Shown here: in pieces, positions 39,404-52,335 of the stretch
Numbering within the stretch: the first letter of the stretch is position 1
How the letters are laid out: each line of letters opens with the position of its first letter
DNA from: Chiloscyllium plagiosum
Taxonomy: Eukaryota
Assembly (NCBI RefSeq): GCF_004010195.1
Contig: NC_057719.1
Coordinates: forward strand, 93,139,946-93,203,945
Direction of reading: 5' to 3'
DNA length: 64,000 nt
Position numbers and translations under genes: made by a program
Notes under the pieces: model-generated
The model's database searches: none
Told to the model about the DNA's origin: nothing
What the model saw: the letters and a program-made list of their open reading frames with translations, nothing else

Positions 39404-42400
39404 TGTCATAAAGTATTACCTTTTTTTCTAAATGTTGTTCCTTGGTTGAAGGATATTCTGTCGTTGATGCTTTTTTTCTGAAGGTGCTTTATTCGGAAGG
39501 GTAATAAACAAGGCAGGGCTCTGATTAGTCTGGTTTTGTACATAGAATAAAGGTTATTGAGAGGCCTTTTTTATTTGTTTGTAAACAGATGAGACTTCAG
39601 GCTAAAGTGGTCATGTTTTAGAAATGACCAGTAAAATAAAGGGGAGTGGTCAGCGGAGTAGAAAAGAAATTAAACTGCCTGTGGTGAATTCTCATTATAT
39701 TCTTCACTTAGATCTTCCTTTCCCTTTCCTGAGGATTTCTCTTTGTCCCAATTTCCCTCCTCATGTACTGAAATTGATTTTGGAAGCCAAACGGTGTTTA
39801 TGGATCAGCTCATAATGATCAGTCACATCAGCTGCAAACCTTGTTGTTTTAAGTCTCTGCTTTTTCACAACTAGTTCGCATTACCTCCTGCTTAAGGTTA
39901 CCGTCAGCAGTTATCTCCAGCCTTTTAAGCTGACTACCCCTTTTCCAGTGTCAGTTTTTCAATTTCAGTACTCTCTCTTTTCCCCCTCTTCTGCTTATCT
40001 ATTTCGTTCATTCTCTGTTCTGCTGCTCTCTCGTTTTCCCCTCTTCTGACTTTAATCGTAACTGGAACTGATTCATTTCTGCTGCCCTCACCTTACCTCT
40101 CGCCTCTACCTAAAGCTGCATCATTTGCACTTGATGTCTTGTCATCTCTATAAAGGGGAGAAAAGAAACCTTTGAGGAGCACAAAGAAGTTAAAAAGACT
40201 CTGGTGTTTTCATTGAAATAAAGTGCGCCACACGAAATCACAGTGTTAGTGGGCTAAGAGACAGTAAGATATAGGAAAAACAGGAAAAGCCTAGAAGTTT
40301 TGTTCGACTAATAACAGAAAACACAAGGTAAATTAATCAACTTCCTCAGAGTGTACAGGATAATCAGAGGTGATTAAGGAGTAAGTGCCAGATCTGCACA
40401 AAAAATATACACGCAAGGGTAAAGTTTATTCACATAAGCCAGGATTAGCAGCTAAGGAGGTTACAATATTAAGGTACTCAGGATCCTTTTAGTCTAAAAT
40501 GCTGAAGGATGACTCCTAAGCGACTATTGTCAGAAAAGGGACTGGTAACTGGAATTCATGGTGAGACAAAAAAGTGCTCAATTATTTCCAGTGAGGCTCG
40601 AGAGGACAGACAAGTGTGTAGGATTCAGGATACAAGTACCGGGCAAACTCTCAGCTCCAGGAATGCAATTTACTCTTGTAAATGATATAGCTGATTAACT
40701 AGTAGACGTGCTGCCTACTCTAGTTGAAAAGGCAGTGGAGACGCAGGCAAACAAAGATACTGAGAATGTTTAACCAGGAGTATTACCCAATGTGTGATCA
40801 CAAGATTACAGAGGCACAAGATGAAGCCGGAGAGATCAAAAGGCACAGATAAAGAAGCTGATATAGCTTTACCAGAAACCGCCTTTACTCAGATTAGTGG
40901 AACACAGAAGGATCAAATAAATAAACATGCAGGCATCTTTAGCTCTGTTAAGCTGATTGCCTTACATCAGAAAGTTGAGAACTTAAAATAGTTATTACAA
41001 AAGCCATTTACAGAGAAATAAAGTGAATGCATTTCTGTGTGTTATTACTGAACAAATGGTGTCTTAATGCGGAAATGGAGAAAATCACACAATCAAGCAG
41101 ATGACAAATGGGCAGAAGTTCACCAAATGGTTTTGCCAGTCGGATATATAAAGTAGGAGCTGCGAGTGACACATGGGCTACAATTGGAGGTTATTTCGGG
41201 GTCAGAAAAAGACAAGCCCAAACATAAAGGCATTTTTGCTGCCCTGTGGTTGAACATTGATAGGCATGACATACATGTCAGCTAATTGGAAAACTGCAGG
41301 CAGAAATAAAATCTGCACCTTTCATACCGAGTGCGGCATTTGAACAACCTTGCGCAAGAGTCTAGACGTCCCCACCTCAAAGAAGTGGGCATAAGTATGC
41401 ATTAACAATAGTTGATGTGTCGAATAGATTTCCAGAGGCAATCCCATTATGCAACATCACAGCTAAACTCCTTGTAGAATAATTACTTTTTTAAAACTAG
41501 ATACCGACTGCTAGTACAAATCCAGTGAAATTAAGCAACAAAACTTCATATCCAAACTATTCAATGAGTTTATGGATAACCGGAAATAGTGCAATTCAAA
41601 TCTACTGCATACATTCAGAAACGCAGGGACCGCGAGGTGGATGGCATCAAATATACAAACTATGTTGCGGGCTTGTGGCCAGGATTAGCCAGATAATTTG
41701 CATAAGGGAGTTTCATTTGTTATTCATGTGATCAGAGATACACCACATGAATCGATAACATTCAACTTGAATTAATGTTTCGGAATGACATAAGAGGGCC
41801 TTTAAAATGATGAAGGAGAAATTAATAAGTCAGAATTCAGTGAACACCTATTTGGACTATGTGTGAAATTTTAGAGAATGATTAGATAGAGAAGAAAAGT
41901 TAGCTAGACAACACTTAAAAGTATCACAGCATACAACGAAACTGGAAGCGAATAGGAAATCACAAATTTGTAATCTTGCAATTGGGGATAATGCACTGAT
42001 TTTACTTCCTGTAACAAGAGAGCCTTTAACAGCTTTTGTGGACCTTATCAAAACGAGAGGACATTGAGTGAGGTGAAATCTTTGAAAACAACTCGAGACA
42101 GGAAGAAACTCTCGCAGAGTTTCACATGTGAATATGCTCAAGAGGTATTTTGATAGGGAAGGAAAACAAGAGGAGAAGGCGTTAATGATTACAATACAGA
42201 AGGAAGAACCAGGTTCAGAGGATTCTGAATTGCACCTTCCTCAAATCAAATCGGACAATGAAGAAGTTGTCACAAATTGAATAAATTATTGGGTTACTTT
42301 CGGAAAGAAAATCGAAATGACCTGAAAGAGTTATGGCTATGACATTAGGAGATATACAGAAATAAACCGAGAAGTACTAACCTCATGGTGGATTGTGTAG

Positions 42401-44325
42401 ATGTCCGAGATGCGGTTTCAATTAAGCAACATCTTCAGTCGCCGAACGTTTTAAGATTGGAACAGGATCAGAAGGAGATAAAGCGCATGCTCCAACATGG
42501 CAGAATCGAAGTGAGTTACTGTGGCTGGAGCTCACCCCGAGTCATGGTGTCAGAACGAGATAGTTCACGACAGTTATATGTGGACTGCACAAAGTCAACG
42601 CTGTTACAAAGGCTGATGTATATCCAATTCCACTGTTGGAGGACTGTGTCGAAAAAGTGGGACAAGCAAATTACATTTCTAAGTTGGTCTTGCTCAGAGG
42701 CTACTGGCAACTGTCAGAGAGAGCAAAGGCGATTTCGGATTTTGTAATGCTAAATTAACTATGCCAGTTCAAAGTCATGCCATTTCATATGAAACATGTT
42801 CCAGCTACTTTTGAGAAACTGACTAATACAATCATTGCCGAATTACCCAACTGTGTTTTGTATATTCATGACCCGGTGATTTTTAGTCCCTCGGGGAAGG
42901 AAATATACAGCTTTTATTGGATGTATTTGTTCGATTTTGGAAGGCAGGCTTGGTAAACCTAGCTAAATGTGAATTTGCCAAAGCTCAAGTAAACTTTTTG
43001 GGCGATGTTATTTGACAAGGACAATGACCCCATGGAATGCGAAAGCAAAAGAACTTGGGGAATCTCCGGTACCATCGACGAAATGTGTGGCACTACATTT
43101 CCTGGGATTCAATGAATCTTATCGAATGTTTGTGCTGATCTTTAACAGTATGGTTGCTCCATTCAATTAATCGTTAAAAAAGGGTAAGAAGTTTCAGTGG
43201 ATAGCAGACTGTCCAAAGGCATTTGACAGCCTAAAACCTATGTGAACTACTGCCCCAGCATTAACCATACCGGATTGCATGAGGTCTTTGAATGTGGCTA
43301 TCGATGCCAGTGAGGTGGTGCTGGTTTAGTGCTCATAAAGGAAGATAACCGAAGGGATAGAGAGACCCACTGGGTATTTTTCCAGGACGTTGAACGTTCA
43401 TCAACAGAAATATTCAACGGTGGAGAAATAGACTTTAAGCTTGGTTTTCGCCATACAACATTTCAGTGATTGTTTTTACCAGTAGCACATCTGAGACTTC
43501 TGCATACGCTGACTATAACACATCAACATTTGGGGAAAATTTTAAGAACCAAAATGCGAGACGGTTTAGATGGAGCTGGTTGTTGCAGCCGTTCATCTTG
43601 ATACTTATGAATGTGTCGGGTTGTGAAAACATGATTGCAGATGCGTTAACGAGGCTCGAATGAGATGCAGAGGCTTTTGGTGGTGGGTGTACCTGAATTT
43701 GCATATGGTTTTGCATGTTTATAGTTAGACAAGAGTGAGGACTGCAGATGCTGGAAACCAGAGTTTAGAAGAGAGTGATGCTGGAAAATCACAGCAGGTC
43801 AGGCAACATCCGAGGAGTTGTAAATTGACATCTCCAACATCTGCAGTCCTCAGTTTTGCCTCGTAGGTTTATAGTTAGTCTAGTGTATATGTGTGTTCAG
43901 ACTACTAACCAGGGTTTTAAAGGGTTAAAAATGAAACCATCCTTTGGCTTTGATGGCCCATTTTTAAAGGAGGGAGGTGTCACAAAGTTAGTCTCTTTTT
44001 TTTCTAAAAGCTGTTCCCTGGCTCAAGGGTACTCAGTCCTTGATTTTTTTTTCGGAGGGTGTATTAAACTAGGCTGGGCTCCGGTCAGTCTGATTTGGTG
44101 CAGAGATTAAAGGGTATCGAGAGGCCTTTTTTATTTCTATATATAACAGACGAGATTTCAGGCTAATGTTGTCATGATTGAGAGATGACCTGTATAAAGA
44201 AAGGGGAGTGGTCAGCCCTCTCGCTAAGCTGTGCAGCTCCATTCAGTCCTGAACTGGTGATGAGTTTAACATTGAGCTGTGTAGAAACCAATCACTCTCC
44301 GCCTGCCCTTCAACCTGTAAGCGTC
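39404..44325 (+). mobile_element. Decayed Gmr1-like Ty3/Gypsy LTR retrotransposon (gag-PR-IN-RT-RH order)
   Basis: LTRs begin tgtcataaag (39404) and tgtcacaaag (43978) and align up to aaggggagtggtcagc. PPT aaaggagggagg precedes 43978. Zn knuckle WCFH*NKVRHTKSQC ~40202; integrase DVSNRFPEAIPL ~41415; RT FKVMPF/YIHD ~42770-42875; RNase H IDAS..YFSRTL..ENMIADALTR 43300-43640. Confidence 0.85.
43729..43866. mobile_element. Penelope pLTR mini-insertion with inverted ends and 12-bp TSD
   Basis: gaggactgcagatgctgga...tccaacatctgcagtcctc, flanked by gtttatagttag (43717 and 43867). Confidence 0.8.
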
Positions 44326-44875
44326 AGAATCGAATTATATTGAACTGAATGTATTGTAATGTGAACCAAGGCACAGTGAAAAGCTTTGCCTTGCGAGCAA
44401 TACAGGCAGATCGCATAGATAAATAGCAGAGATAATAAAATAATAGATCAACAGCGTCCAAACCCAAAACGCAGGTACAGGCGAATGCTAAGAGCTTATG
44501 CATCCATTCAGTATTCTAACAACAGTAGGATAAAAACTGTTTCTAAACTGGATAATGCGTGTGTTCAGGCTTCTGTACCTTCTCACTGATGGTAGAAGTT
44601 ATGGAAAAGGTAACAGCGTGGCATGGATATTTGCGAATACTGGTCGCCTTTCTTTGACAACAGACCTAGTCGATGGATTCTCTAGATGGGTGGTTGGCAT
44701 TTGTGATTGTCCAGGCCGGGTTCACCACTGTCTGCAGCGGTCTTTGATCTTGAATGGTATAGTTGCCATACCAGGTAGTGATGCATCCAGACAGAATGGT
44801 CCGAATGGTGCACCTATGAAATTTGACAAGGGTATTCACCGTCATGTCAATTTTTATCAGTTGCCTAACAGCCAC
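44325..44875 (-). mobile_element. Rex1/Babar-type LINE 3' end truncating the 3' LTR
   Basis: ORF 44666..44875 FHRCTIRTILSGCITTWYGN...LQTVVN.A.TI. Confidence 0.8.
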
Positions 44876-44904
44876 GTACAGACAGTTCTGAGCAATGCTG
44901 TGTT

Positions 44905-46430
44905 TGGAATGTTCCAGGGAATATCGGGCACAGAATGTTATCGAGAATGTCGCAGATTAAATGTTCTAACGAATATCAGTTCCAGAATGTTCATGGCAAT
45001 GCTGAGTATTGACACTGGGGATCGTCGGGTAGTGAATGTGCCGGGGAATATCGGGTACAGAATGTTCCAGTAATGTGTGGTTTGAAATGTTCTGGGAAAG
45101 TTTGGTACAGACAGTTCCACGAAATGTCAGGTTTGTAATGTCCCAGTGAGTATCGAATGAAGAATGTTCCACACAATCTCGGATAGTGAAGGATATGTAA
45201 TTTTACGGTGTACGTCGTGTCTAGAATGCTCTAGATAATGTCGGTTGCGGGAAGATTACGGAATGTCGGGCATCGAAAGTTCTGTGTAATATTGCTTGCA
45301 GAAATTTGCGCTTTTTTTGTTTACTGACCTTACTCCGAGCTGTCGAGCATAGATTCTGCTGGGGAATTTCGAGTACAGAACGTTCCCAGAATGTCGGGTG
45401 TAGAAAATACTACGAATGTTATGTATAGAATGTTCCAGAGAACTTCGGGTGCAGCATGTTCCAGGGAAAGTTGAGCAGAGACGATTACGGGGAATGTCGG
45501 GTGTGGAATATTACAGAGAGTGTCGGGTATAGAATATTCCAGAAATGTCGAGCTTGGACAAGTCCAAGTAGTTCTGGAGAATGTCAGGTTTGGCATGCTT
45601 GTCACGTACAGAATGTTTCAAAAATGTAGGAGGCATTTTTCTGCAGCACGTCGTCTCTAGAATGTTCTGGGTAATATCAGTTAGACGAAGTTGAGGAAAT
45701 GTCGGAAATGGAACGTTTTGAGAAATGTCAGTTGCAGAAAGTTGCACATGTTGTTTGTTAAAGAACATTCCGGGAATTGTCGGGCATAGACTCCTGCATG
45801 GCATTTTGAGTACAGAAATTTCCCGAATGTCTGGCAATATCAGGTATGTAATGTTCAGGAGTGTGTCACGGATAGAAAATTAAAGGGAATGTCTCGGACA
45901 GCACCATCTGGCAAATGTTGGGAATAGACATATCCAGGGAATATCAGGCTTGGAATGTTCCGCGAATGTTTAGTTCAGAATATTCCCGGAATGTTAGGTA
46001 TTGAATATTCCTGAAAACGTAAGGGATACAATGTTCTGAGGAATGTCGAGTTTTGCAAGTTCGGGGAATGATGTGCACCAACAGTTTTTGAATGTCAGGT
46101 AACAATGTAGTGGGGAATGGCGGATATTGAATCCTCTAGGAAATGTCTGGCATCGCAAGCTCTGGAGAATGTCAGGAACAGAATGTTCTGGGGAATGTCG
46201 TGTTTTGAATGATCTGGAAATGGTCGAAGTAGAATGTTCCAGTGAATGTCGGACATATATTATTCTGGGGAATGTCTAGTGTAGAAAGTTACGGGGCAAG
46301 TGGAGGATATAATCTTCCTGGAGTCTATGCTACAGAAAATTCTGAGAATGTGGTGTATAGAACGGTCCAGATAATGTTGAGTAAAGAATGTTCTAGGGAC
46401 TGTTGAGCACAGAATTTTATGGAGAATGCT
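44905..46430. repeat. Degenerate ~26-bp minisatellite (approx. gaatgttccagggaatgtcgggtaca)
   Basis: gaatgttc.. and gaatgtcgg.. alternate every ~13 bp across ~1.5 kb. Confidence 0.85.
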
Positions 46431-46814
46431 GTGTATATTATTTTCAAATATTAAGCTGCCATCCTACTTTGCCCACGAAAGTGCAGAGTCACATCTACTC
46501 GCATTGCTCTTCATCTGCAACATAATCGCTCATTCACTCCACTTGTCTCAATCACCTTGGAGCTTTTACCCTTACTCCCACCCAATCGCAATACAATATA
46601 TCTTAGTGCTGTCAGCAGACTTGGACATTTTGCAATTGAATAGCTCAATCAAGTTTTTGAGTTGCATTGCGACTAGCTGAAACACAAGAATCGACCCCTG
46701 TGATATCCCAAGATACCTCCCCTCCCAAAAATATCTATTATTCCAATACACTGTTGCCATTCAGCTGTCCCATTCAAAAACATTTCCATTTATTCCACCC
46801 TTCCCCAACAGTGG

Positions 46815-47065
46815 GTAGCGCGTTACACAGTGGTTAGCACTGGTCCCTTACCTTGGCAGGGATCTATGTTTGAATCAAGCCTCTGGCGACTGCCTGCGTG
46901 CAAGGTGCACATAAGTGGAGTTTCAGGGATGTGTAGGTCAGGGGTATTAGTCACGGTAAATATGAGACGATAGAGTAGGGGAATAGTTCTAGATGAGTTA
47001 GTTTTCATAGCGAATTTGTGGAAACGTTGAGCTGGAGGGACTGTTTCTGCACTGTACGGTTTCGG
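46815..47065 (+). mobile_element. Degenerate V-SINE
   Basis: cacagtggttagcactg head; ggtcaggggtattag..; ctgtttctgcactgta tail. Confidence 0.6.
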
Positions 47066-47639
47066 ATTTGATTTTGCACATGAGGTTTGGAACAATTACC
47101 AAAAATTTGTCGAAAACCCAAATGCACTTCATCCATTCCTAATCCATAATGTATGTTTCTCAAACATGATTTCTATTTGATAAATCTATGCTGACTTTTT
47201 ATACATTCATTACTTGCAGGACCAATAGTTTCTCCCCAGTCGTTTAGTACCAACTTCATACTTTTTCACTCCATACTTTTGTTTGCTAGGCTGGGCGGAA
47301 GACGTGTGTTTGGTTTATTTTCTTCTGTGACGACAAAACTGAATCATTTGCTTCATCACTCTGGCATGTCACAGTTTTCCATTCCACATTCCATCGTTTC
47401 AGAATCTAAGGAAGCTGCACTGTGTTCTCAAAACTATCCCACTGACAGTTCACTCTTATAATTCATGTCAACAAACACGTCAGAAAGACTTCAAATCCTG
47501 TCTTAAGATTCTCAATGATTACCCATCCAGAATTATACAATTACAGAAACACAGATTCTTTACCGTTAGAAATACAGCACAAATTACATGTGTCGCACTG
47601 TCCGACACAAGACCTGTAACTGTAAGTGTTAATGCACTT

Positions 47640-50600
47640 CAAGTGCTCTATCAATTTTTAATGGTTCTGATGTTACCCGTAACAACTATGGAAGTACATT
47701 CTAGATTCCAGACCCTCTGAGTGAAAACCAAACCAAACCATTCTTGCAATGTAGCTCCCAGAACTGCAGAAATTATTCCATCTATGTCCTCAGCAAAGTC
47801 CTGTATAGCTCTTATTATCAATGGCTAGATGAATAAAGGCTGTGCCCATTGTCCCCTATGCCTTATTGACTAACCTATTATCCTGTCCAGTTAGAAACCA
47901 GGATCTGTGGAGAAGCACCATTTGAGCTTCATCGTGTGCAGTCATTCTTTGAGTGCTCCCCGTTGGTTCATTTTTCCAAAGTACATCACTGTATATTTAT
48001 CAGGATCACATTCCCTCTGCCATTGAGCTGCCCATCTGACCACTCTATCACTACCTTTCTTTAATATAGGACTTTCCTCTTCACTGTCAAACATGCACTT
48101 ACCTATCATACTCTCTCGACCCTGCCTCAATATTCGTGTCTACATTATTAACGAATGCTACAAATAATAAGACGCACAGCATTCATCCCTGTGGTACATC
48201 AGCGTCCATTGGTCTCAAGACACACAAACAGCCTCCTCCCGCCACCCATCGCCTCCTGCCACTAAGAGAATTTTGAATGTTACTTGCCAAGTTACCTTTG
48301 ATACCGTGAGATTTTATTTTCGTTGTCAGTTTCCAATGGGGGCTTTGTTAAAGGCCATTTAAATGAAACCTTATAAATGAACTCCTCGAAAAAATTTAAG
48401 AGAATTTATTCAGCATGACTTCCCTATGATAAAGTCATCCTGACTATCTTGACGGTAGAGAAAGTGAGGGCTGCAGATGCTGGAGATCAGAGCTGAAAAT
48501 GTGTTGCTGGAAAAGCGCAGCAGGTCAGGCAGCATCCAAGGAACAGGAGAATCGACGTTTCGGGCATAAGCCCTTCTTCATGTATCTTGCCCGTACGTTG
48601 CCTCTTGAAATGGAAATCAGTTTTCTCGTTCCTTATTGTCTCCAATAGTTTCGTTAACACTGAACGGATACTCACTGGTCTATATAGTTCCCTGGTCTAT
48701 CTGCACCAGCCTTCCTATAAAGTGGAAGCACATTAATCCTCTAGCAACTCTCCTGTGACCACATTCTACTCAGAAATTCGAGTCCGGGGTGCCCTTCCTT
48801 GCCTCCAACAGCAGCCTTGAATAACAGTCAACCTGACCTCGCGATTTGTACCAATTTTATACCAGCCAAATCCATCAATACAGCTCCCGTCTTAAATAAA
48901 TCTGCTCAAGAGATTCATAGTCAATCTCCTCGAATTCTGTACTCGCATCCTTCTTCTCCCAAATGAAACAGACGTGAATATGTCATGTAACAATATATCA
49001 ATGTTCACCAGCTTCACATACTGATTATCACGTTGGTATCTACTGAGCTGGAATTGATCCCTGGTGATCTTATTCTTGATGTCCTTGTGGAATATTATGG
49101 GATTCTCCGTAATTGTGTCTGCTCAATATTTTCCATGTGTCTGTGTTAATCGGTTCCCTCTGTGTAAACTTTTGCGGTTTCATTGAGATTGCATGTCATT
49201 CGTTGAAACTCGAGGAAAGACAGACCGAGTTCCCTCATCAGACAATTTTGCCATCTGGGGGATGAATCTGGAGAATGTCCATTCAGTATATATGGTCAGT
49301 ATATTCTTCCATAGATCAGGACACCGACACTGTACACAATACTGCAGGGGTAATCTCACTCTGTGTGAGAGATGCAGGACACATTGACATTCAGTAGGAG
49401 GAACTTACTGAAGATGCTGGAAACTGTATTGAAAATAACAAATTCTGGAGATCACAGTGTGTCAGAGAACATCCATGGATAGAGAACAATCAAACGCTTC
49501 CAGTCTGGATGACTCTTCAGCATTTACATTCTGATACCCTTTAAATGAAAGCAAACTTAACTTTTACTTTCCCTTTTGCACATGTTCCTCCCATTACCCA
49601 TTTTCTCTTTTTTTTCGACTAACTTACTGTGTAAATTCGGGGAATAAAAGCTCCTGAATATACACCTAGATCAAATGCATTGGTTCGCCATTGTTTAGGT
49701 CGACAAGACATACCTTCAAACAAAAAATTCAAAAATTAAAACTTCCGTTTCATAAATGCAGAAACATTCTCTTGAATTTGCCATTACTATTTGAATGACT
49801 AATATCACATTAGTTATAATACATTCCAATAAACTTCCTGCTGTGGATGTCAAGTCATCTGGTTTGTAGTTCTCCATTCTCCCTCTTCTTCCTTTTATGA
49901 ATCTTTGGAATGCATTTATAGCCTTGCGAAGTGAGTAGGGAAAAACACAGTGATCCACAATGCAATCAATTTGTGTATTGCCTCTTTCTCTGAAATTTCA
50001 GTATGAAATTTCAGAAATAACTCAGTAATGCTTGCCAACACAACTTTGTCACTGATATCTATGATTTTGGTATTTAGTTACACAAGTCCCTGAGTGACTT
50101 TGCATTTCTGGGAGATCTTCTGCACCTTTCTCCATGAAGACAGACACAAACAAACTGTTTAGTTTCCCTGGAATCTCTCTGTTCTCGACAGTAAACTATC
50201 CTGCCCACACATTCACTCTTCCACATTTGACCTTGTTTTCACTTTTCTTTCAAATATTAATAGAATTTTTTCTTCAGTCTCCATGTTTCTTGTTATCTTG
50301 CATTCTTGGTCTCTTTTTAATTTCCTTTTCAATGTCTTAGTTCTCCTTTGTTCCAATGAATCTACAATATCTGACATTTTTCTCAGCCACTTTTTTTATC
50401 TAACACAATTCATAACTTATTTTGTTAACCATGATTGATTCAGCTTTCCCTTTTGCTATTTGTATCTTGGAGGACCCATGTATGCTCTACAATTTGCAGT
50501 GTTTCAATAAATAACAGACATTGTCTAAGTTCCATTACATCTTTTCTCATGGTGTTTACAAATTCATTGAAGCCAACTTGTTCCTCATAACTTCATGGAT

Positions 50601-50800
50601 TGCATATCTCAGGGATAAATGCATAAATTAAGAAAAGAAAACTGGTTTATATTCAGACATCATGCAAAATTCAATATTAAGATTAAGATTACTATTCCCA
50701 AAAGCTCCTTTACCGCAAAGTTTTCAATGAGCTCTTCTGATCACACAACACAAATTCAAAAATTGCCTGATGTCAAGCTCAGTGCTCAACATATTGTAAA
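47640..50800 (-). mobile_element. Series of highly decayed CR1 ORF2 fragments
   Basis: VRWAAQWQRECDPDKYTVMYFG; KGRRGRMENYKPDDLTSTAGSLLECII (YRPVSLTS-like). Confidence 0.65.
48455..48582 (-). mobile_element. Solo Penelope pLTR with hammerhead-like core and 7-bp TSD
   Basis: Minus strand tgaagaagggcttatgcccgaaacgtcgattctcctg; tatcttg on both sides (48445 and 48583). Confidence 0.85.
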
Positions 50801-50899
50801 AGCGAACCATTGCATACACGCTCATGAAATCCACGTTTACAGCATTGCGATTCATTTGGATGAACCTAGTGTTGATGGAACTTGAATTTCTTCCTTATT

Positions 50900-51183
50900 A
50901 CCTCACAGCGCCAGAAACCCGGGTTCAATTCCCGCCTCAGGCGACTGACTGTGTGGAGTTTGCACGTTCTCCCCTTGTCTGCATGGGTTTCCTCCGGGTG
51001 CTCCGGTTTCCTCCCACAGTCCAAGGACCTGCAGGTCAGGAGAATTGGCCATGCTAAATTGCCCGTAGTATAAGGTAAGGTGTAGATGTAGGGGTATGGG
51101 TGGGTTGCGCTTCGGCGGGTTGGTGTGGACTTGTTAGGCCAAAGGGCCTGTTTCCACACTGTAATGAAATCTAATCTAAAAAA
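50900..51183 (+). mobile_element. Young 5'-truncated V-SINE
   Basis: Highly similar to 18505-18781. Confidence 0.92.
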
Positions 51184-51689
51184 TACCACAATCTTGCAGT
51201 TCCAATCTTCTGTTTTGTAACAAAATGTTATCGTATCATAAATGTTCTCTGATATATAACTCCCATCAGTGTTTGCTTCTCTTTGCTGTTTCTGAGCTCC
51301 ACCTCACCAGATTCTGTGGCTCTGGAGAGGTTAGTAGTCGATTCAGGCGCGATCTTTGGCGAGGCATATCTCACCATTGATATTATCTCGCCACATCTTA
51401 CCCGTTTTTCACAAGTGACATTATGACATTTGCATCAGTTCTCCCGTTATGCTGGTGGAGTAGAGAAGGGCAATGGTCTTTCAACAACGCTGTGCATTCA
51501 TACTGCTCAAAGTTGGTTAGGAACCTTACAGCAGGCTGGTAAAGTGGTTTTGCTGCTGCACAGGATCGTAATGAGATCACATCTGAAGAAGTGCACACAA
51601 ATTTAATCTCCTCACTGAGGAAGGGATGCAGGAATTAACTCAGAAATTGTTTGCTCAACTTATTTCTGCAACGAATGTGTTAATCACAA

Positions 51690-52000
51690 AATCTCAACAG
51701 TGTGGAAGCTGGTTATTTAACACATCAAATGCACAGTGATCCTCTGAACGTCTTCCCAACCAACCTCACACAATCTCTGTAAACGCACCTAGCCTGCACA
51801 TCCCCAGCTATTATGGTAATTTAGCTTGGCCAATGCATCTACCCTGCACATCTTGGAACTGTGGGTGGAAACTGGATTATCCAGCAGAAACGCTGCAGAC
51901 ACGGGGAGAATGTGCAAACTCCATTCAGGCAGTGACAGGAGACTTAAATTGAAACCAGGTTTCTGCTTCTTTGAGGCAGCAGTGCTAATCACTGAACCAT
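51690..52000 (-). mobile_element. Degenerate V-SINE
   Basis: gcagacacggggagaatgtgcaaactcca...gaggcagcagtgctaa. Confidence 0.75.
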
Positions 52001-52253
52001 CTAATGTGGGCAAGACAACTTGCCTATGCAATGAAGCAGCACAGTCCTGTTTCTTCCCACGGACCTTTCCCATGTGAGGTGAATGTGACAACCACTATAC
52101 TGCAGAAGCACAGTGTGGCCACTGACCCGTTGAAATTTCTGTGCTGTCCCTCATCATAGAGTATTTTGCAAGAAACAGTTACATTTACGTGTGTTCAATT
52201 TAAAAAGAACACACTCTCACAGCAAGAACAACTTAACATGTTATCAGCGCAAT

Positions 52254-52335
52254 TAGCAGTGGTGGGATACTAACCAACACCTACTTTCACACTGAAGCCT
52301 AAAGCCACCACCTTAGACCAATAAGCCACGCTAGC
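52254..52335 (-). pseudogene. tRNA-Leu(UAG) pseudogene
   Basis: Reverse complement GCTAGCGTGGCTTATTGGTCTAAGGTGGTGGCTTTAGGCTTCAGTGTGAAAGTAGGTGTTGGTTAGTATCCCACCACTGCTA (82 nt) is colinear with vertebrate tRNA-Leu (GGTAGCGTGGCCGAGCGGTCTAAGGCGCTGGATTTAGGCTCCAGT...GGTTCGAATCCCACC.CTGCCA). Box B is broken. Confidence 0.8.

Noticed and set aside
44938..45837. ORFs within the 26-bp array
   Set aside because: Repeat-derived, and the unit length is not a multiple of three.
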